Under the pieces are notes generated by a model. The model saw nothing but the letters and a program-made list of their open reading frames with translations. It did no database searches and was not told where the DNA came from. The translations under genes and the position numbers were made by a program. This document shows positions 10,406 through 21,554 of a stretch of DNA of 64,000 bases, piece by piece; the stretch's first letter is position 1, and each line of letters begins with the position of its first letter. Source of the stretch: Agrobacterium sp. (lineage in GTDB: Bacteria; Pseudomonadota; Alphaproteobacteria; Rhizobiales; Rhizobiaceae); contig JAXHOC010000024.1 in NCBI GenBank assembly GCA_034519725.1, positions 7,410 to 71,409 on the forward strand, in the 5' to 3' direction.

Positions 10406-10692
10406 GTGACCGGAAAATTCTCTGGACTTTGCGGGCACTGCAACGGCTGGACGAAATCGGTGCGCATATCGAAACGGACAATCCGACTGCTGCGGCTCGC
10501 GTGATTGACCGTATTGTTTCAGCGGTCGATATGTTGGTGGAGCAACCAGCAATGGGGCGGGTTGGACGCATCAGGGGAACGCGGGAAGCCGTGCTGTCCG
10601 ATATTTCCTATATCGTTGCCTATCGTGTCGGCAGGGATATCGAAATTTTGACGATCATCCACACCGCGCAGCGATGGCCGTCAGGACTTTAA
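10402..10692 (+). CDS. RelE/ParE-family toxin
   Basis: ILWTLRALQRLDEI, PAMGRVGRIRGTRE, YIVAYRV, IIHTAQ; ATGA coupling to the antitoxin. Confidence 0.9.
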   Translation: MSDRKILWTLRALQRLDEIGAHIETDNPTAAARVIDRIVSAVDMLVEQPAMGRVGRIRGTREAVLSDISYIVAYRVGRDIEILTIIHTAQRWPSGL

Positions 10693-10717
10693 CCAAACGA
10701 TCTCTCAGACGCGTCGA

Positions 10718-10990
10718 TCAATCCTCGTCATCGAGATCGTCCACCTCTGTCCCCGTCGTCGTCGCGTGGAAAACGGGAACGAACAGCCGCATATAGACCA
10801 GCCGCACGGTCCAACCCTGTTCCAGCGCCTCTGTCCACGCCTTTTTGCGGCCCGGCTTCTTGAAGGCCTTGCCGATCGCTTTTTTCTGGCTTTTGGCGAA
10901 GGTGTCGGGTTGCAGCATGTTTTGCGGCGAGCAGAGCGCATAGCCCTTTCTGAAGGCGGGCGGTGGGCGGCGTGGGTCGATCATGTTCAT
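10718..10990 (-). CDS. small hypothetical protein downstream of recG
   Basis: 90-aa ORF starting ~12 nt after the recG stop, protein-like composition, acidic tail. Confidence 0.6.
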   Translation of the reverse strand: MNMIDPRRPPPAFRKGYALCSPQNMLQPDTFAKSQKKAIGKAFKKPGRKKAWTEALEQGWTVRLVYMRLFVPVFHATTTGTEVDDLDDED

Positions 10991-11002
10991 GGCGGTTCAC
11001 TT

Positions 11003-13108
11003 TCAGCCGGCGTGGAGGAAGCGGATCGCTTCGTCGCGGCGGTGCAGATAGAGAAGGGTGCGCAGGCTCTCGCCGCGCGGGCCGGTCAGTTCTGGGTCGC
11101 GCTCGATGACATAGGCGGCATCCTTGCGGGCGATTTCCAAGAGGTCGGCATGGGCCTCGAGGCTGGCGATGCGGAAACCCGGCGTGCCGGACTGGCGGGT
11201 GCCGAGCAACTCGCCTTCGCCGCGCAGCTTCAGGTCTTCTTCGGCAATCAGGAAGCCGTCCTCGCTGTCGCGCAGGATGGACAGCCGGGCGCGGCCGTTT
11301 TCGCTGAGCGGCCCCTTGTAGAGCAGGATGCAGGTGGAGGCCTCGTCGCCGCGTCCAACCCGGCCACGCAGCTGGTGAAGCTGGGCAAGGCCAAAACGTT
11401 CGGCATGTTCGATGACCATGATCGTCGCATCCGGCACATCGACGCCGACTTCCACGACCGTCGTTGCCACCAGCAGCCGGGTGTCGCCACTCTTGAAGGC
11501 CAGCATGGCGGCGTCCTTCTCGGGGCCACTCATGCGCCCGTGAATGAGACCGATATTGGCTCCGAGCATCTGCGAGAGAACCGCATGCCGCTCTTCCGCC
11601 GACATCAGGTCGGACTCTTCCGTTTCTTCCACCAGCGGGCAGATCCAGTAGGCCTTCTTGCCGTCCTTGATTGCGCCGCGCAGCCGCTCGACAATGTCGC
11701 CGATGCGCTCTGTGGGGATCGTCACCGTCTGGATAGGTTTGCGGCCGGCGGGCTTTTCGGTGAGCTTCGACACATCCATGTCGCCGAAGGCGGCCAGCAC
11801 CAGCGTGCGGGGAATGGGGGTGGCGGTCATCACAAGCATATGCGGCGTGATGCCCTTGGCGGTGAGGCGCAGGCGCTGGTGCACGCCGAAACGGTGCTGT
11901 TCGTCCACCACCGCCAGCACCAGGTTTTTATAGCTGACACTGTCCTGAAACAGCGCGTGGGTGCCGATGACGATCTGCGCTTCGCCTGATGCCACGCGCT
12001 CCTCGATCTCGCGGCGTTCCTTGCCCTTGGTGCGGCCGGTGAGGACCTCGACCGTGATGCCTGCGGCATTGGCGAGTTTGGAGATGGTGGCGAAATGTTG
12101 CCGGGCAAGGATTTCGGTCGGGGCCATCAACACCGCCTGCCCACCGGCCTCGACAGCCGTTGCCATGGCCATCAGCGCCACCAGCGTCTTGCCGGCGCCG
12201 ACATCGCCCTGCAGCAGACGCAGCATGCGGTCTTCACCGGCCATGTCGGTCAGGATATCTTTCACCGCAGCGCTCTGGCTCGCCGTGAGCGAGAAGGGCA
12301 GCTGGGCAAGGATTTTTGCGGCAACGTCGCCCTTGGCGCGGATCGGCTGGCCTGCCACCTTGCGTAGCCGCTGGCGCACCAGCGCCAGCGAAAGCTGGCC
12401 GGCCAGGAATTCGTCATAGGCAAGCCGTCTGCGTGCCGGGGCCTGCGGCTCGATATCGGCGCTGTCGCGCGGATCGTGCAGCTCGCGGAAGCTCGATGCC
12501 ACGTCGCCAAAACCCTGACGGGTCTTCAGCGTCTCGTCGATCCATTCGGGAAAGGCCGGCAGTTTCGCAAGCCCGCCTTCGATGGCCCGCCGCAGCACCT
12601 TCGGAGATAGTCCGGCGGTCATGGGATAAACGGCTTCCACCAGCGGCAGGTTCTCGGCTTCGGAAAGCTTCACCATGAAATCCGGATGCACCATGGAGGC
12701 GCGACCGTTGAACCAGTCCACCTTGCCGCTGACGAGAACCTCTTCATCGACGGGCAGGGCCTTGGACAGCCAGTCGCCCTTGGCGCGGAAAAAGGTCAGC
12801 GCCAGTTCGCCGGTCTCGTCATGCAGGAAAACGCGGTAGGGTGCTGAACGATTGCCCGGCGGAGGCGGCTGATGGCGGTCGACACGTCCCTGAATGGTGA
12901 CAATGGCGCCGGGGGCGGCAAGCGCGATGCCCGGGCGATTGCGCCGGTCGATGACGTTCGACGGGGCGTGGAACAGAAGGTCGATCACGCGGGTATCGTC
13001 GGCATTTTCCCGGCTCAGCAGTTTTGCCAGAAGGTCGGCAAGCTTCGGCCCCACACCGGCAAGGGTGGAGACGGAGGCAAACAGCGGATCGAGAATGGCC
13101 GGGCGCAT
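11003..13108 (-). CDS. recG: ATP-dependent DNA helicase RecG
   Basis: [34 protein letters not shown]; probable start MRPAILDPLF. Confidence 0.97.
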   Translation of the reverse strand: MRPAILDPLFASVSTLAGVGPKLADLLAKLLSRENADDTRVIDLLFHAPSNVIDRRNRPGIALAAPGAIVTIQGRVDRHQPPPPGNRSAPYRVFLHDETGELALTFFRAKGDWLSKALPVDEEVLVSGKVDWFNGRASMVHPDFMVKLSEAENLPLVEAVYPMTAGLSPKVLRRAIEGGLAKLPAFPEWIDETLKTRQGFGDVASSFRELHDPRDSADIEPQAPARRRLAYDEFLAGQLSLALVRQRLRKVAGQPIRAKGDVAAKILAQLPFSLTASQSAAVKDILTDMAGEDRMLRLLQGDVGAGKTLVALMAMATAVEAGGQAVLMAPTEILARQHFATISKLANAAGITVEVLTGRTKGKERREIEERVASGEAQIVIGTHALFQDSVSYKNLVLAVVDEQHRFGVHQRLRLTAKGITPHMLVMTATPIPRTLVLAAFGDMDVSKLTEKPAGRKPIQTVTIPTERIGDIVERLRGAIKDGKKAYWICPLVEETEESDLMSAEERHAVLSQMLGANIGLIHGRMSGPEKDAAMLAFKSGDTRLLVATTVVEVGVDVPDATIMVIEHAERFGLAQLHQLRGRVGRGDEASTCILLYKGPLSENGRARLSILRDSEDGFLIAEEDLKLRGEGELLGTRQSGTPGFRIASLEAHADLLEIARKDAAYVIERDPELTGPRGESLRTLLYLHRRDEAIRFLHAG

Positions 13109-13325
13109 GGTCAGCAAAATCGGGGAAGGGGACGCGTTATGCAAGACGTGGGCCCCGACAAAGGCGGTTTATCACCGGCAGATTTTCACTGACGTGGCAT
13201 TATTTCGATAAAAACCGGTTCCAAGCGTTCGCCTCCTGTTCTATAGGAGGTCACAATAGACGAGGCAAAGATTGAAGGGCGCGCTGCAAGTTCGAAGCCT
13301 GCTGTTTTCACGATGCTCTCCTCTT

Positions 13326-13442
13326 CCTCATCCCTGTGCTTGTCACAGGGATCCAGCCAGCCCAAGTCTTTGGGCTGAAGGGACTCTATTCGTCGCGCAG
13401 ACGCGCGCCGACTGGATTCCTGTGACAGGCACAGGAATGAGG
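13326..13442. repeat. ~115-bp composite palindromic element (REP doublet, CACAGG subtype)
   Basis: TCATCCCTGTGCTTGTCACAGGGATCCA ... AGCCCAAGTCTTTGGGCT ... CAGACGCGC ... TGGATTCCTGTGACAGGCACAGGAATGA. Confidence 0.8.
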
Positions 13443-13512
13443 GTGGTGGGGATGGACCGGCAGATGAAACCATTGAACCCTGCACTGCGATCCATACGGG
13501 AAGGAAAATGCG

Positions 13513-13824
13513 ATGACTGGACTGGTGCGCACGAGCGCCGACCTCGATCCGAGACGCAGGCGGATACTTTACCGCTGCTGGCACCGGGGCATTCGCGAGA
13601 TGGATCTTGTGCTCGGGCAATTTGCGGAAGACAATATTGCCGGGCTTTCCGACGAGCAGCTCGACGAGCTTGAGATCATCATGGCGGAAGAGGATAACGA
13701 CCTCGTGCAGATGGTGACCGGTGCGCAGCCGGTGCCGGAAAAATTCCAGACGCCGCTGTTTGAAAAGATCGCTTCCTACCGTCCCGATTTCGATCTCGTC
13801 ACGTCCCAAACCCTGAAGGCCTGA
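13513..13824 (+). CDS. sdhE: succinate dehydrogenase assembly factor 2 (SdhE/Sdh5)
   Basis: RRRRILYRCWHRGIREMDLVLG; position between recG and mfd. Confidence 0.9.
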   Translation: MTGLVRTSADLDPRRRRILYRCWHRGIREMDLVLGQFAEDNIAGLSDEQLDELEIIMAEEDNDLVQMVTGAQPVPEKFQTPLFEKIASYRPDFDLVTSQTLKA

Positions 13825-13827
13825 AAC

Positions 13828-16800
13828 ATGATAGCCGGATTCGATGCAAAGCTGGTGGCGTCGGCCGATACGCCGCTGACCATCGGAAACGTGCCTTCCG
13901 GTATGGAAGCCCTTTTGCTTGCCGATATGGCGCGGGCGGGGACATCGGTGGCTTATGTGATGTCGGACGGCCAGCGGGTTGCCGATCTCGAACAGATCCT
14001 CGGTTTTGTCGCGCCTGACATTCCGGTCATGTCGCTGCCGGCCTGGGACTGTCTGCCTTATGACCGCGTGTCACCGAGCGCAGACACCTCGGCGCGCCGG
14101 CTCGCGGCGCTTGCCGGCCTCATCAATCACGCCAGGAAACCGCATCCGGCCATCGTTCTCGTCACCGTCAACGCCATGTTGCAGAAGATGGCGCCGCGCG
14201 ACATCATCGCGAGCCTCGGCTTTTCGGCCAAGCCCGGCAACCAGATCCGCATGGAAGACATCGCAGCAAGGCTGGAGCGCAACGGTTTCGACCGGGTGGC
14301 GACGGTGCGCGAAGTCGGCGAATTTGCCGTGCGCGGCGGCATTCTCGATGTCTTCGTGCCGGGCACCGAAGAGCCGGTGCGGCTCGATTTCTTCGGCGAT
14401 ACGCTCGAAAGCATCCGCACCTTCGATCCGGCCAGCCAGCGCACCATCGCCCAGGCGCGCTCGCTCGATCTCAACCCGATGAGCGAAGTGACGCTGACGC
14501 CGGATACGATCGGCCGGTTCCGCAAGAATTACCTGTCGATGTTCGGCGCGGCGACCCGCGACGACGCGCTTTATCAGGCCGTCTCCGAAGGCCGTCGTTA
14601 TGCCGGCATGGAGCACTGGCTGCCGCTGTTTTACGAACAGCTGGAAACCGCCTTCGACTATCTCAAGGGTTTCCGCATCGTCACCGATCATACGGCGCGC
14701 GAGGCGGCGAAAGAACGCTCCAAGCTCGTGCTCGATTATTACGAGGCGCGGCGGGCCTCCGGCGAGACCAAGGGTTCGACACAGGGTGCGCCCTACAAGC
14801 CGGTATCGCCGGGGCAAATCTATCTCGACGGCAAGAGCTTCGAGCGCGGCAGCTCGCGAGGCGTCAATGCGGTGCGACTGACGCCGTTCAACGAACACGA
14901 CAGCGAAGGCCGCCCGGTCGCGACGCTCGATGCCCATGTCGGGCCGCGCTGGGCACGCCCACCGACAGAAGGCGATGGCGCAGAACGGGTCAATGTTTTC
15001 GATCTGGCGGTGAAGCACATTGCCGAACGCCGCGCCAAGGGCTGGAAGGTGTTGATCACCGGCTGGTCGGAGGGTTCGCTCGACCGGCTGTTGCAGGTGT
15101 TGAACGAACACGGGCTTGAGAAGATCAAGCCGGTGACATCGCTGAAAGAGGTCGAGAAACTCGGCAAGGGCGAGGCGGCTTCGGCGGTGCTGAGCCTCGA
15201 AGCCGGGTTTCGAGACCGGCAACGCTCGCTGTCATCGGCGAGCAGGACATTCTCGGCGATCGCATGGTGCGCCGTTCCAAGCGCCGCAAGCGCGGTGCGG
15301 ATTTCATCTCGGAAGTGGCGGGTCTGGACGAGGGCTCGCTCGTCGTCCACGCCGAACACGGCATCGGCCGCTTCGTCGGCCTGCAGACCATCGAGGCGGC
15401 GGGCGCGCCGCACGCCTGCCTCGAACTGCACTATGCCGGCGACGCCAAGCTGTTCCTGCCGGTCGAAAACATCGAGCTGCTGTCGCGCTACGGCTCTGAC
15501 GCTGCGGAAGCGACGCTCGACAAGCTGGGTGGCGGCGCCTGGCAGGCGCGCAAGGCCAAGCTGAAGAAGCGCCTGCTCGATATGGCCGATGAGCTTATCC
15601 GCATTGCGGCCGCGCGCTCAGGATGCGCCGCGCGCCGGTGCTGATCGCGCCGGACGGGCTCTACGACGAGTTCTGCGCCCGTTTCCCCTATGAGGAGACC
15701 GAGGACCAGCAGGCCGCCATCGACGCCGTCATCGACGATCTCGGCGCCGGCCGGCCGATGGACCGCCTGATCTGCGGCGATGTCGGCTTCGGCAAGACCG
15801 AGGTGGCGCTGCGCGCCGCCTTCCTCGCCGCCATGAACGGCGTGCAGGTGGCGGTGGTGGTGCCGACGACGCTGCTGGCGCGCCAGCACTTCCGCACCTT
15901 CTCCGAGCGCTTCGCCGGCCTGCCGGTCAAGGTGCGCCAGGCCTCGCGCCTCGTCGGCGCCAAGGAGCTGACGCCGACCAAGAAGGGCGTGGCTGACGGC
16001 ACGGTCGACATCGTCGTCGGCACCCATGCGCTGCTCGGCACCGCGCATCAAGCTTCGCCAATCTGGGCCTGCTGATCATCGACGAGGAGCAGCATTTCGG
16101 CGTCACGCACAAGGAGCGGCTGAAGGAGCTGAAGAGCGACGTGCACGTGCTGACGCTGTCGGCGACGCCGATCCCGCGCACCTTGCAGCTGGCCATGACC
16201 GGCGTGCGCGAACTGTCGCTCATCACCACGCCGCCGGTCGACCGCATGGCGGTGCGCACCTTCATTTCGCCGTTCGATCCGCTGGTGATCCGCGAGGCGC
16301 TGCTGCGCGAGCGCTATCGCGGCGGCCAGAGCTTCTATGTCGTGCCGCGCATCGAGGACATCGCCGAGGTCAAGGACTTCCTCGACAAGCAGGTGCCGGA
16401 GCTGAAGGTCGCCGTCGCCCATGGCCAGATGGCGCCGGGCGAACTCGACGACATCATGAACGCCTTCTACGACGGCAAGTACGACGTGCTGCTGTCGACC
16501 ACCATCGTCGAATCCGGCCTCGACATCCCGACCGCCAACACGCTGATCGTCCACCGCGCCGACATGTTCGGCCTGGCCCAGCTCTACCAGCTGCGCGGCC
16601 GCGTCGGCCGCTCCAAGGTGCGCGCCTACGCGCTGTTCACCCTGCCGGTCAACAAGACGCTGACGACGATGGCCGAGCGGCGGCTGAAGGTGCTGCAGTC
16701 GCTCGACACGCTGGGCGCCGGCTTCCAGCTGGCCAGCCACGACCTCGATATTCGCGGCGCCGGCAACCTGCTGGGCGAGGAACAGTCCGGCCACATCAAG

Positions 16801-17340
16801 GAGGTCGGCTTCGAGCTCTACCAGCAGATGCTGGAGGAGGCGGTGGCCGAGCGCTGAAGGGCGACGTCGAGGTCGGCGCGACAGCGGGTGGTCGCCGCAG
16901 ATCTCGGTGGGCACGCCGGTGCATGATCCCGGAGGACTACGTCGCCGGACCTGCAGCTGCGCATGGGTCTCTATCGCCGTCTCGGCGAGCTTGCGGATAT
17001 CGCCGAGATCGACGGTTTCGGCGCCGAACTGATCGACCGTTTCGGCCCGCTGCCGGAGGAAGTGCAGCATCTGCTCAAGATCGTCTACATCAAGGCGCTC
17101 TGCCGCACCGCCAATGTCGAGAAGGTGGACGCCGGGCCGAAGGGTGTGGTCGTGCAGTTCCGCCACAAGGAATTCCCCAATCCGGCAGCGCTTGTCGCCT
17201 ATATCGGCAAGCAGGGCTCGATGGCGAAAATCCGTCCCGACCACAGCCTGTTCCTGAACCGCGATCTGCCCACGCCTGAAAAACGGCTGGCGGGTGCGGC
17301 GATGGTCATGACGCAGCTTGCGGAGCTGGCGCGGTCGTGA
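13828..17340 (+). CDS. mfd: transcription-repair coupling factor, with several frameshifts in this sequence (~15210-15240, ~15620, ~16050, ~16855-16925)
   Basis: Consecutive ORFs carry [23 protein letters not shown] (CarD/RID), [29 protein letters not shown] and the TRCF C-terminus. Confidence 0.95.
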
Positions 17341-17369
17341 TGGGAGGGTTGGGGGCATTGACGGGTGGG

Positions 17370-17535
17370 GCTTTACCCCCCTCTGCCCTGCCGGGCATCT
17401 CCCCCTCAAGGGGGGAGATCGATATGCGGCTAGGTTTCGACCCTCTCAACGGTCGAGGATGAAGTGACGAGAGGGCGTCTTGTCGATCTCCCCCCTTGAG
17501 GGGGAGATGCCCGGCAGGGCAGAGGGGGGTAAAGC
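17370..17535. repeat. RIME-like element with perfect 53-bp inverted arms
   Basis: 17370-17422 is the exact reverse complement of 17483-17535; each arm contains the internal palindrome ATCTCCCCCTCAAGGGGGGAGAT. Confidence 0.9.
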
Positions 17536-17706
17536 CTCACCCACCTTCGGTCCGCCGGTGGTTTACCAGCCCGTTTATCCACGCTGCCACGTTGCCTGGA
17601 GGCAGAATGCCTGGGGCGACATGGATCGGGTCAGGGTTTGTGATTGATCGAATGCCATTCCGGCGACGTGAATACGCGTCGCCGGTTCTTTTGCATTCTC
17701 TCGACT

Positions 17707-18639
17707 TCAGCGCCCGTCTTCCGGCGTGATCGCTACCGCCACATTCTGGTCCGTCGCGGCAATCGACGCGGGCAGCGGCACCTTTTTCTGCTTTTCGCGC
17801 AGAAGCGTCAGCAGGCCGGAGCCGACGATGAGGGCGATGCCGACAAGCATCCAGCTATCGATATGATCGCCGAAGATCAGGTAACCGAACAGGATGGCCC
17901 AGAGCATCTGGCTATATTGCGTCGGGCCGATCATGGCGGCCGGGGCAGATTGCGCGGCATACATGATCAGCACGTTGGCAATCGCGCCGAGCAGGCCGTA
18001 GCCGGCCAGGAGCAGCCATTGTTCGCCGTTCGGCAGCGCAAAGGTCGGGATCATCGCAAAGCCGCTGATCGCCAGACAGCCGAGCACGCCTGCACCGTAA
18101 AGCGAGACGTTCTTTTCGGACGGTCCCATGGCGCGAAAGATCACGATAGACAGCGCGCCGCTCAGGCCGCCGATGATGGCGCCGAGATGGCCGATGCCCA
18201 ATTCGCGGAAGCCCGGCCGCAGAATGACGAGGACGCCGAGAAAGCCGATAATGACCGCCGACCAGCGCCTGATGCCGACCTGCTCCTTCAGGAACACCAC
18301 CGACATGATGGTGACGAAGGAGGGCAGCAGGAAGATCAGCGCGAAAGCTTCGGCCATCGACAGATGGGTGAAGGCGGTGACGCTGCCGACCGCTCCGGTG
18401 CCGGAGGCGAAAAAGCGGATGAGCCATAATGGCCGGTTCGTCGTCTTGACGATATCAACCCAGCGGTCGTTGCGCTTGCGGATGAAGGGCAGGGCGACAA
18501 GCCCGAACATGGCGCCGAAGAAGGCCGATTCGATCGGCGAAACCTGGCCTTCTATGAGTTTAACGCTCGCGTCGCTCCATGCGTAGGCAGCGAAGGCGGC
18601 AAAGGCAAGCAGAATGCCTTTCGGGGTCTGGTCGGACAC
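17707..18639 (-). CDS. DMT/EamA family transporter
   Basis: Many hydrophobic segments, VFLKEQVGIRRW, GVLVILRPG. Confidence 0.9.
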   Translation of the reverse strand: MSDQTPKGILLAFAAFAAYAWSDASVKLIEGQVSPIESAFFGAMFGLVALPFIRKRNDRWVDIVKTTNRPLWLIRFFASGTGAVGSVTAFTHLSMAEAFALIFLLPSFVTIMSVVFLKEQVGIRRWSAVIIGFLGVLVILRPGFRELGIGHLGAIIGGLSGALSIVIFRAMGPSEKNVSLYGAGVLGCLAISGFAMIPTFALPNGEQWLLLAGYGLLGAIANVLIMYAAQSAPAAMIGPTQYSQMLWAILFGYLIFGDHIDSWMLVGIALIVGSGLLTLLREKQKKVPLPASIAATDQNVAVAITPEDGR

Positions 18640-18691
18640 GGGAAAACACCAACAGTTTATCGACTAGGGCAAGCTGCCGGTGGTTCGACCG

Positions 18692-19360
18692 TCAGTTCAT
18701 CGACTTATGCTCGTCCGCCTTCATTTTTGCAATATCCCGCAGTGCAGCAATCAAGACATCGGGCGTTTGTGCGCCGCTGATGGCGTATTTCTGATCGACG
18801 ATGAAGAACGGCACGCCGGACACGCCCATTTGCTGCGCCGCGTCAATTTCGGCGATGACGGTGTCCTTGTCCGCATCCGATGCCAGAAGCCGTGTCACCA
18901 CCTTGGCGTCCATGCCGGCCTTTTCGGCAATATCGGTCAGCACGGCGTGATCGCCGATATTGCGGCCTTCCTCGAAATTCGCCTTGAACAGGGCAGTGAC
19001 GATCTTCTCCTGAACGTCGCGGCCTTCGGCATGGGCCCAGAGCGACAGGCGGTGCGCGTCGAGTGTGTTCGGGCCGATCTTTATCGCGTCGAAATCATAG
19101 TGGATGCCGACCTGCTTGCCGAGTTCGACCAGCGAGGCGTGGACCTGTTCGAGGCGCTCCTTGCCGAGCTTTTCCTCAAGGGCCGCCTTCTGGTCGACGC
19201 CCTCAGGCGGATAGTCCGGGTTGAGGCGGTAAGGCCGCCAGTTCACGTCGACGCTGATTTCGTCCTGTACCTCGGCAATGGCAAGATCGAGCCTTGCCTT
19301 GCCCAGATAACACCAGGGGCAGACCATATCCGATACGACGTCGATAACGATGCGTTCCAT
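18692..19360 (-). CDS. DsbA-family (FrnE-like) oxidoreductase
   Basis: DVVSDMVCPWCYLG, GVSGVPFF, ISGAQ. Confidence 0.92.
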   Translation of the reverse strand: MERIVIDVVSDMVCPWCYLGKARLDLAIAEVQDEISVDVNWRPYRLNPDYPPEGVDQKAALEEKLGKERLEQVHASLVELGKQVGIHYDFDAIKIGPNTLDAHRLSLWAHAEGRDVQEKIVTALFKANFEEGRNIGDHAVLTDIAEKAGMDAKVVTRLLASDADKDTVIAEIDAAQQMGVSGVPFFIVDQKYAISGAQTPDVLIAALRDIAKMKADEHKSMN

Positions 19361-19400
19361 GGCTTTATCTTCCGTTATCCTGGACCGGGCAGGCGGCGGG

Positions 19401-21248
19401 TTATTGTGCCCGCGCATCCCACCAGGTCTGTTTCTGATTGCCTGATATCGGGGTCATATCCGGGCGGTCGATGTATTTCCAGCGCGCGATCCATTGCGCT
19501 CCGATATAATAGAGCGGAATGACATAGTGGCCGGCGACGAGAAGGCGGTCGTAACCGCGCACCGCCGCCTGAAAATCTTCCGTCGAGCGGGCCTGCAACA
19601 GGGCCTCGATCATGCGGTCGATGTCGGGGCTGGCCGCACCCGCATAGTTGAAGCTGCCCTGCGCATCCCGCGACAGTGAACTCCAGCGATTGAGCTGCTC
19701 GGCGCCCGGCGAGAGCGAGGAGGGCAGCGAGCGGATGATCATGTCGTAATCGAAGCTGTTGGAGCGCGCCTGATATTGGCCGTCATCGACCGAGCGGATG
19801 CCCATGGCGACGCCGATCAGGTTCAGCGAACGCTGATATGCCAGCGCTATGCGCTCCTGTGCCGGGTTCTGCGTCATGATTTCGAAGGCAAGCTGGCGGC
19901 CATTGGCGTCGGACATCCTGCCATTTTTGATGCTGTATCCGGCCTCTTTCAGCGTGTCGACGGCAAGCTTCAGGACCTTGCGGTCCGCGCCGGTGCCGTC
20001 GGTGGTGGGCATGGCGTAGGTTCCCGCCAGAAGTTCCGGCGGCATGGTTTTCGCCGCATCGCCAAGCAGCGCAAGTTCGCGCGCATCTGCGGCATTGCCA
20101 TAGGCGCCGAGCACGGAGTTCTGCCAGTAGCTCTGCGTGCGCTTGAAGGCGCCGCCGAGAATGTTCTTGTTCATCCATTCGAAATCGAGCGCATAGGACA
20201 GGCCCTCGCGCACCTTTTCGTCGGCAAAGACCGCGCGGCGGGTGTTGAACACCAGCCCGAACATGCCCGATGGCAGCTGTGGCTGGAACACGTCCTTGAC
20301 GATATCGCCGCGATGGACGGCGGGGAAGTTGTAGGCTTGCCCCCAATGGGAGGTATCCGAGGTGCCGTTGATGGCGTCGCCTTCGGGATAGATGTCGATA
20401 TCGCCTTTCTTGAAGGCCTCGAACATGGTGGTGACCTGAAGGAAATAGGTGACGCTGATCTCGTCGTAATTTTCGAAGCCGACCTTGCTCGGAATATCCT
20501 TGCCCCAATAGTCGGGGTTCCGTTCCCAGATGATTCGTTCACCCGGTCGCAATGTCTTGATTCGGTATGGACCCGAGCCGACGACAGCGCCGAGGCCCGC
20601 CTGCTCGAATTTTTCCGGATCGATCGCGTGTTTCGGCAAAATCGGCGTGGAGGAGGCGAGAATGAGCGGGGTTTCGCGATTTGCCTTTTCGTTGAAGGTG
20701 AAACGGACGCCGTGTTCGCCGATCTTTTCCATCTTCGCCACGCCGTCGAGACGGCTGTTGAAGGGCGGGCGGCCTTTTTCCTTCAGGAGGTTGAAGGTGA
20801 AGATCACATCATCAGGCGTCACCGGCTCGCCATCCGACCATTTGGCCTTGGGATTGATGTTGAACTGGGTGAAGGTGCGTTCCTCGTCCCACTCCACGGT
20901 TTCGGCCAAAAGACCGTAAAGGCTGAATGGCTCGTCGCTGGAGCGCTGCATCAGCGGTTCGTAGAGGAGATTGCCGAATTCCGGGTCCCAGACACCGCGT
21001 GCGGTCGTGCGCATTCCCTTTAGAACGAAGGGGTTGAGGCTGTCGAAGGTGCCGACGACACCGTAGGATATGCGGCCGCCCTTCTTCACATCGGGATTGA
21101 CATAGGGGAAGTGCCGGAAGTCGGCGGGAAGTGCCGGTGTGCCGTGCATGGAAATGGCGTGCAGCGGCTGCGCCACGGCGATTTCAGGCAAAAGCAGGGC
21201 CGATCCCCAAAGAAACAATGCGGGTATGAGGGCCGCAACGCTGCGCAT
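19401..21248 (-). CDS. family-5 extracellular solute-binding protein (YejA-like)
   Basis: Signal peptide, HAISMHGTP, FPYVNPD, GTFDSLNPF. Confidence 0.9.
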   Translation of the reverse strand: MRSVAALIPALFLWGSALLLPEIAVAQPLHAISMHGTPALPADFRHFPYVNPDVKKGGRISYGVVGTFDSLNPFVLKGMRTTARGVWDPEFGNLLYEPLMQRSSDEPFSLYGLLAETVEWDEERTFTQFNINPKAKWSDGEPVTPDDVIFTFNLLKEKGRPPFNSRLDGVAKMEKIGEHGVRFTFNEKANRETPLILASSTPILPKHAIDPEKFEQAGLGAVVGSGPYRIKTLRPGERIIWERNPDYWGKDIPSKVGFENYDEISVTYFLQVTTMFEAFKKGDIDIYPEGDAINGTSDTSHWGQAYNFPAVHRGDIVKDVFQPQLPSGMFGLVFNTRRAVFADEKVREGLSYALDFEWMNKNILGGAFKRTQSYWQNSVLGAYGNAADARELALLGDAAKTMPPELLAGTYAMPTTDGTGADRKVLKLAVDTLKEAGYSIKNGRMSDANGRQLAFEIMTQNPAQERIALAYQRSLNLIGVAMGIRSVDDGQYQARSNSFDYDMIIRSLPSSLSPGAEQLNRWSSLSRDAQGSFNYAGAASPDIDRMIEALLQARSTEDFQAAVRGYDRLLVAGHYVIPLYYIGAQWIARWKYIDRPDMTPISGNQKQTWWDARAQ

Positions 21249-21554
21249 GTCACTATCCTGTCTCAACTGTCCGTCCAATTTTCATCGTGAACGGGTTTTC
21301 CGTCGTGATTCTGGCAAATGTGTAGCATAAGCCTATGACCTGACCCATGCGAGGGCGGGAAATCTTGGGCTCGCTCAAGAAAAAGTTAAAGAAGTGCTGG
21401 ATATCGCCGCGAACGGCATGTAACAGGGTGGCCGGAAGAGACGGGTCACGCATTTGCCTCATTTAAACGACAGTTGAACGGGCAGAAGGATACCGCCATC
21501 GGCGAGCAGGACCTGAGGTTCTGTTCTGGCAGACATTCAGGAGACGGAACTCTT

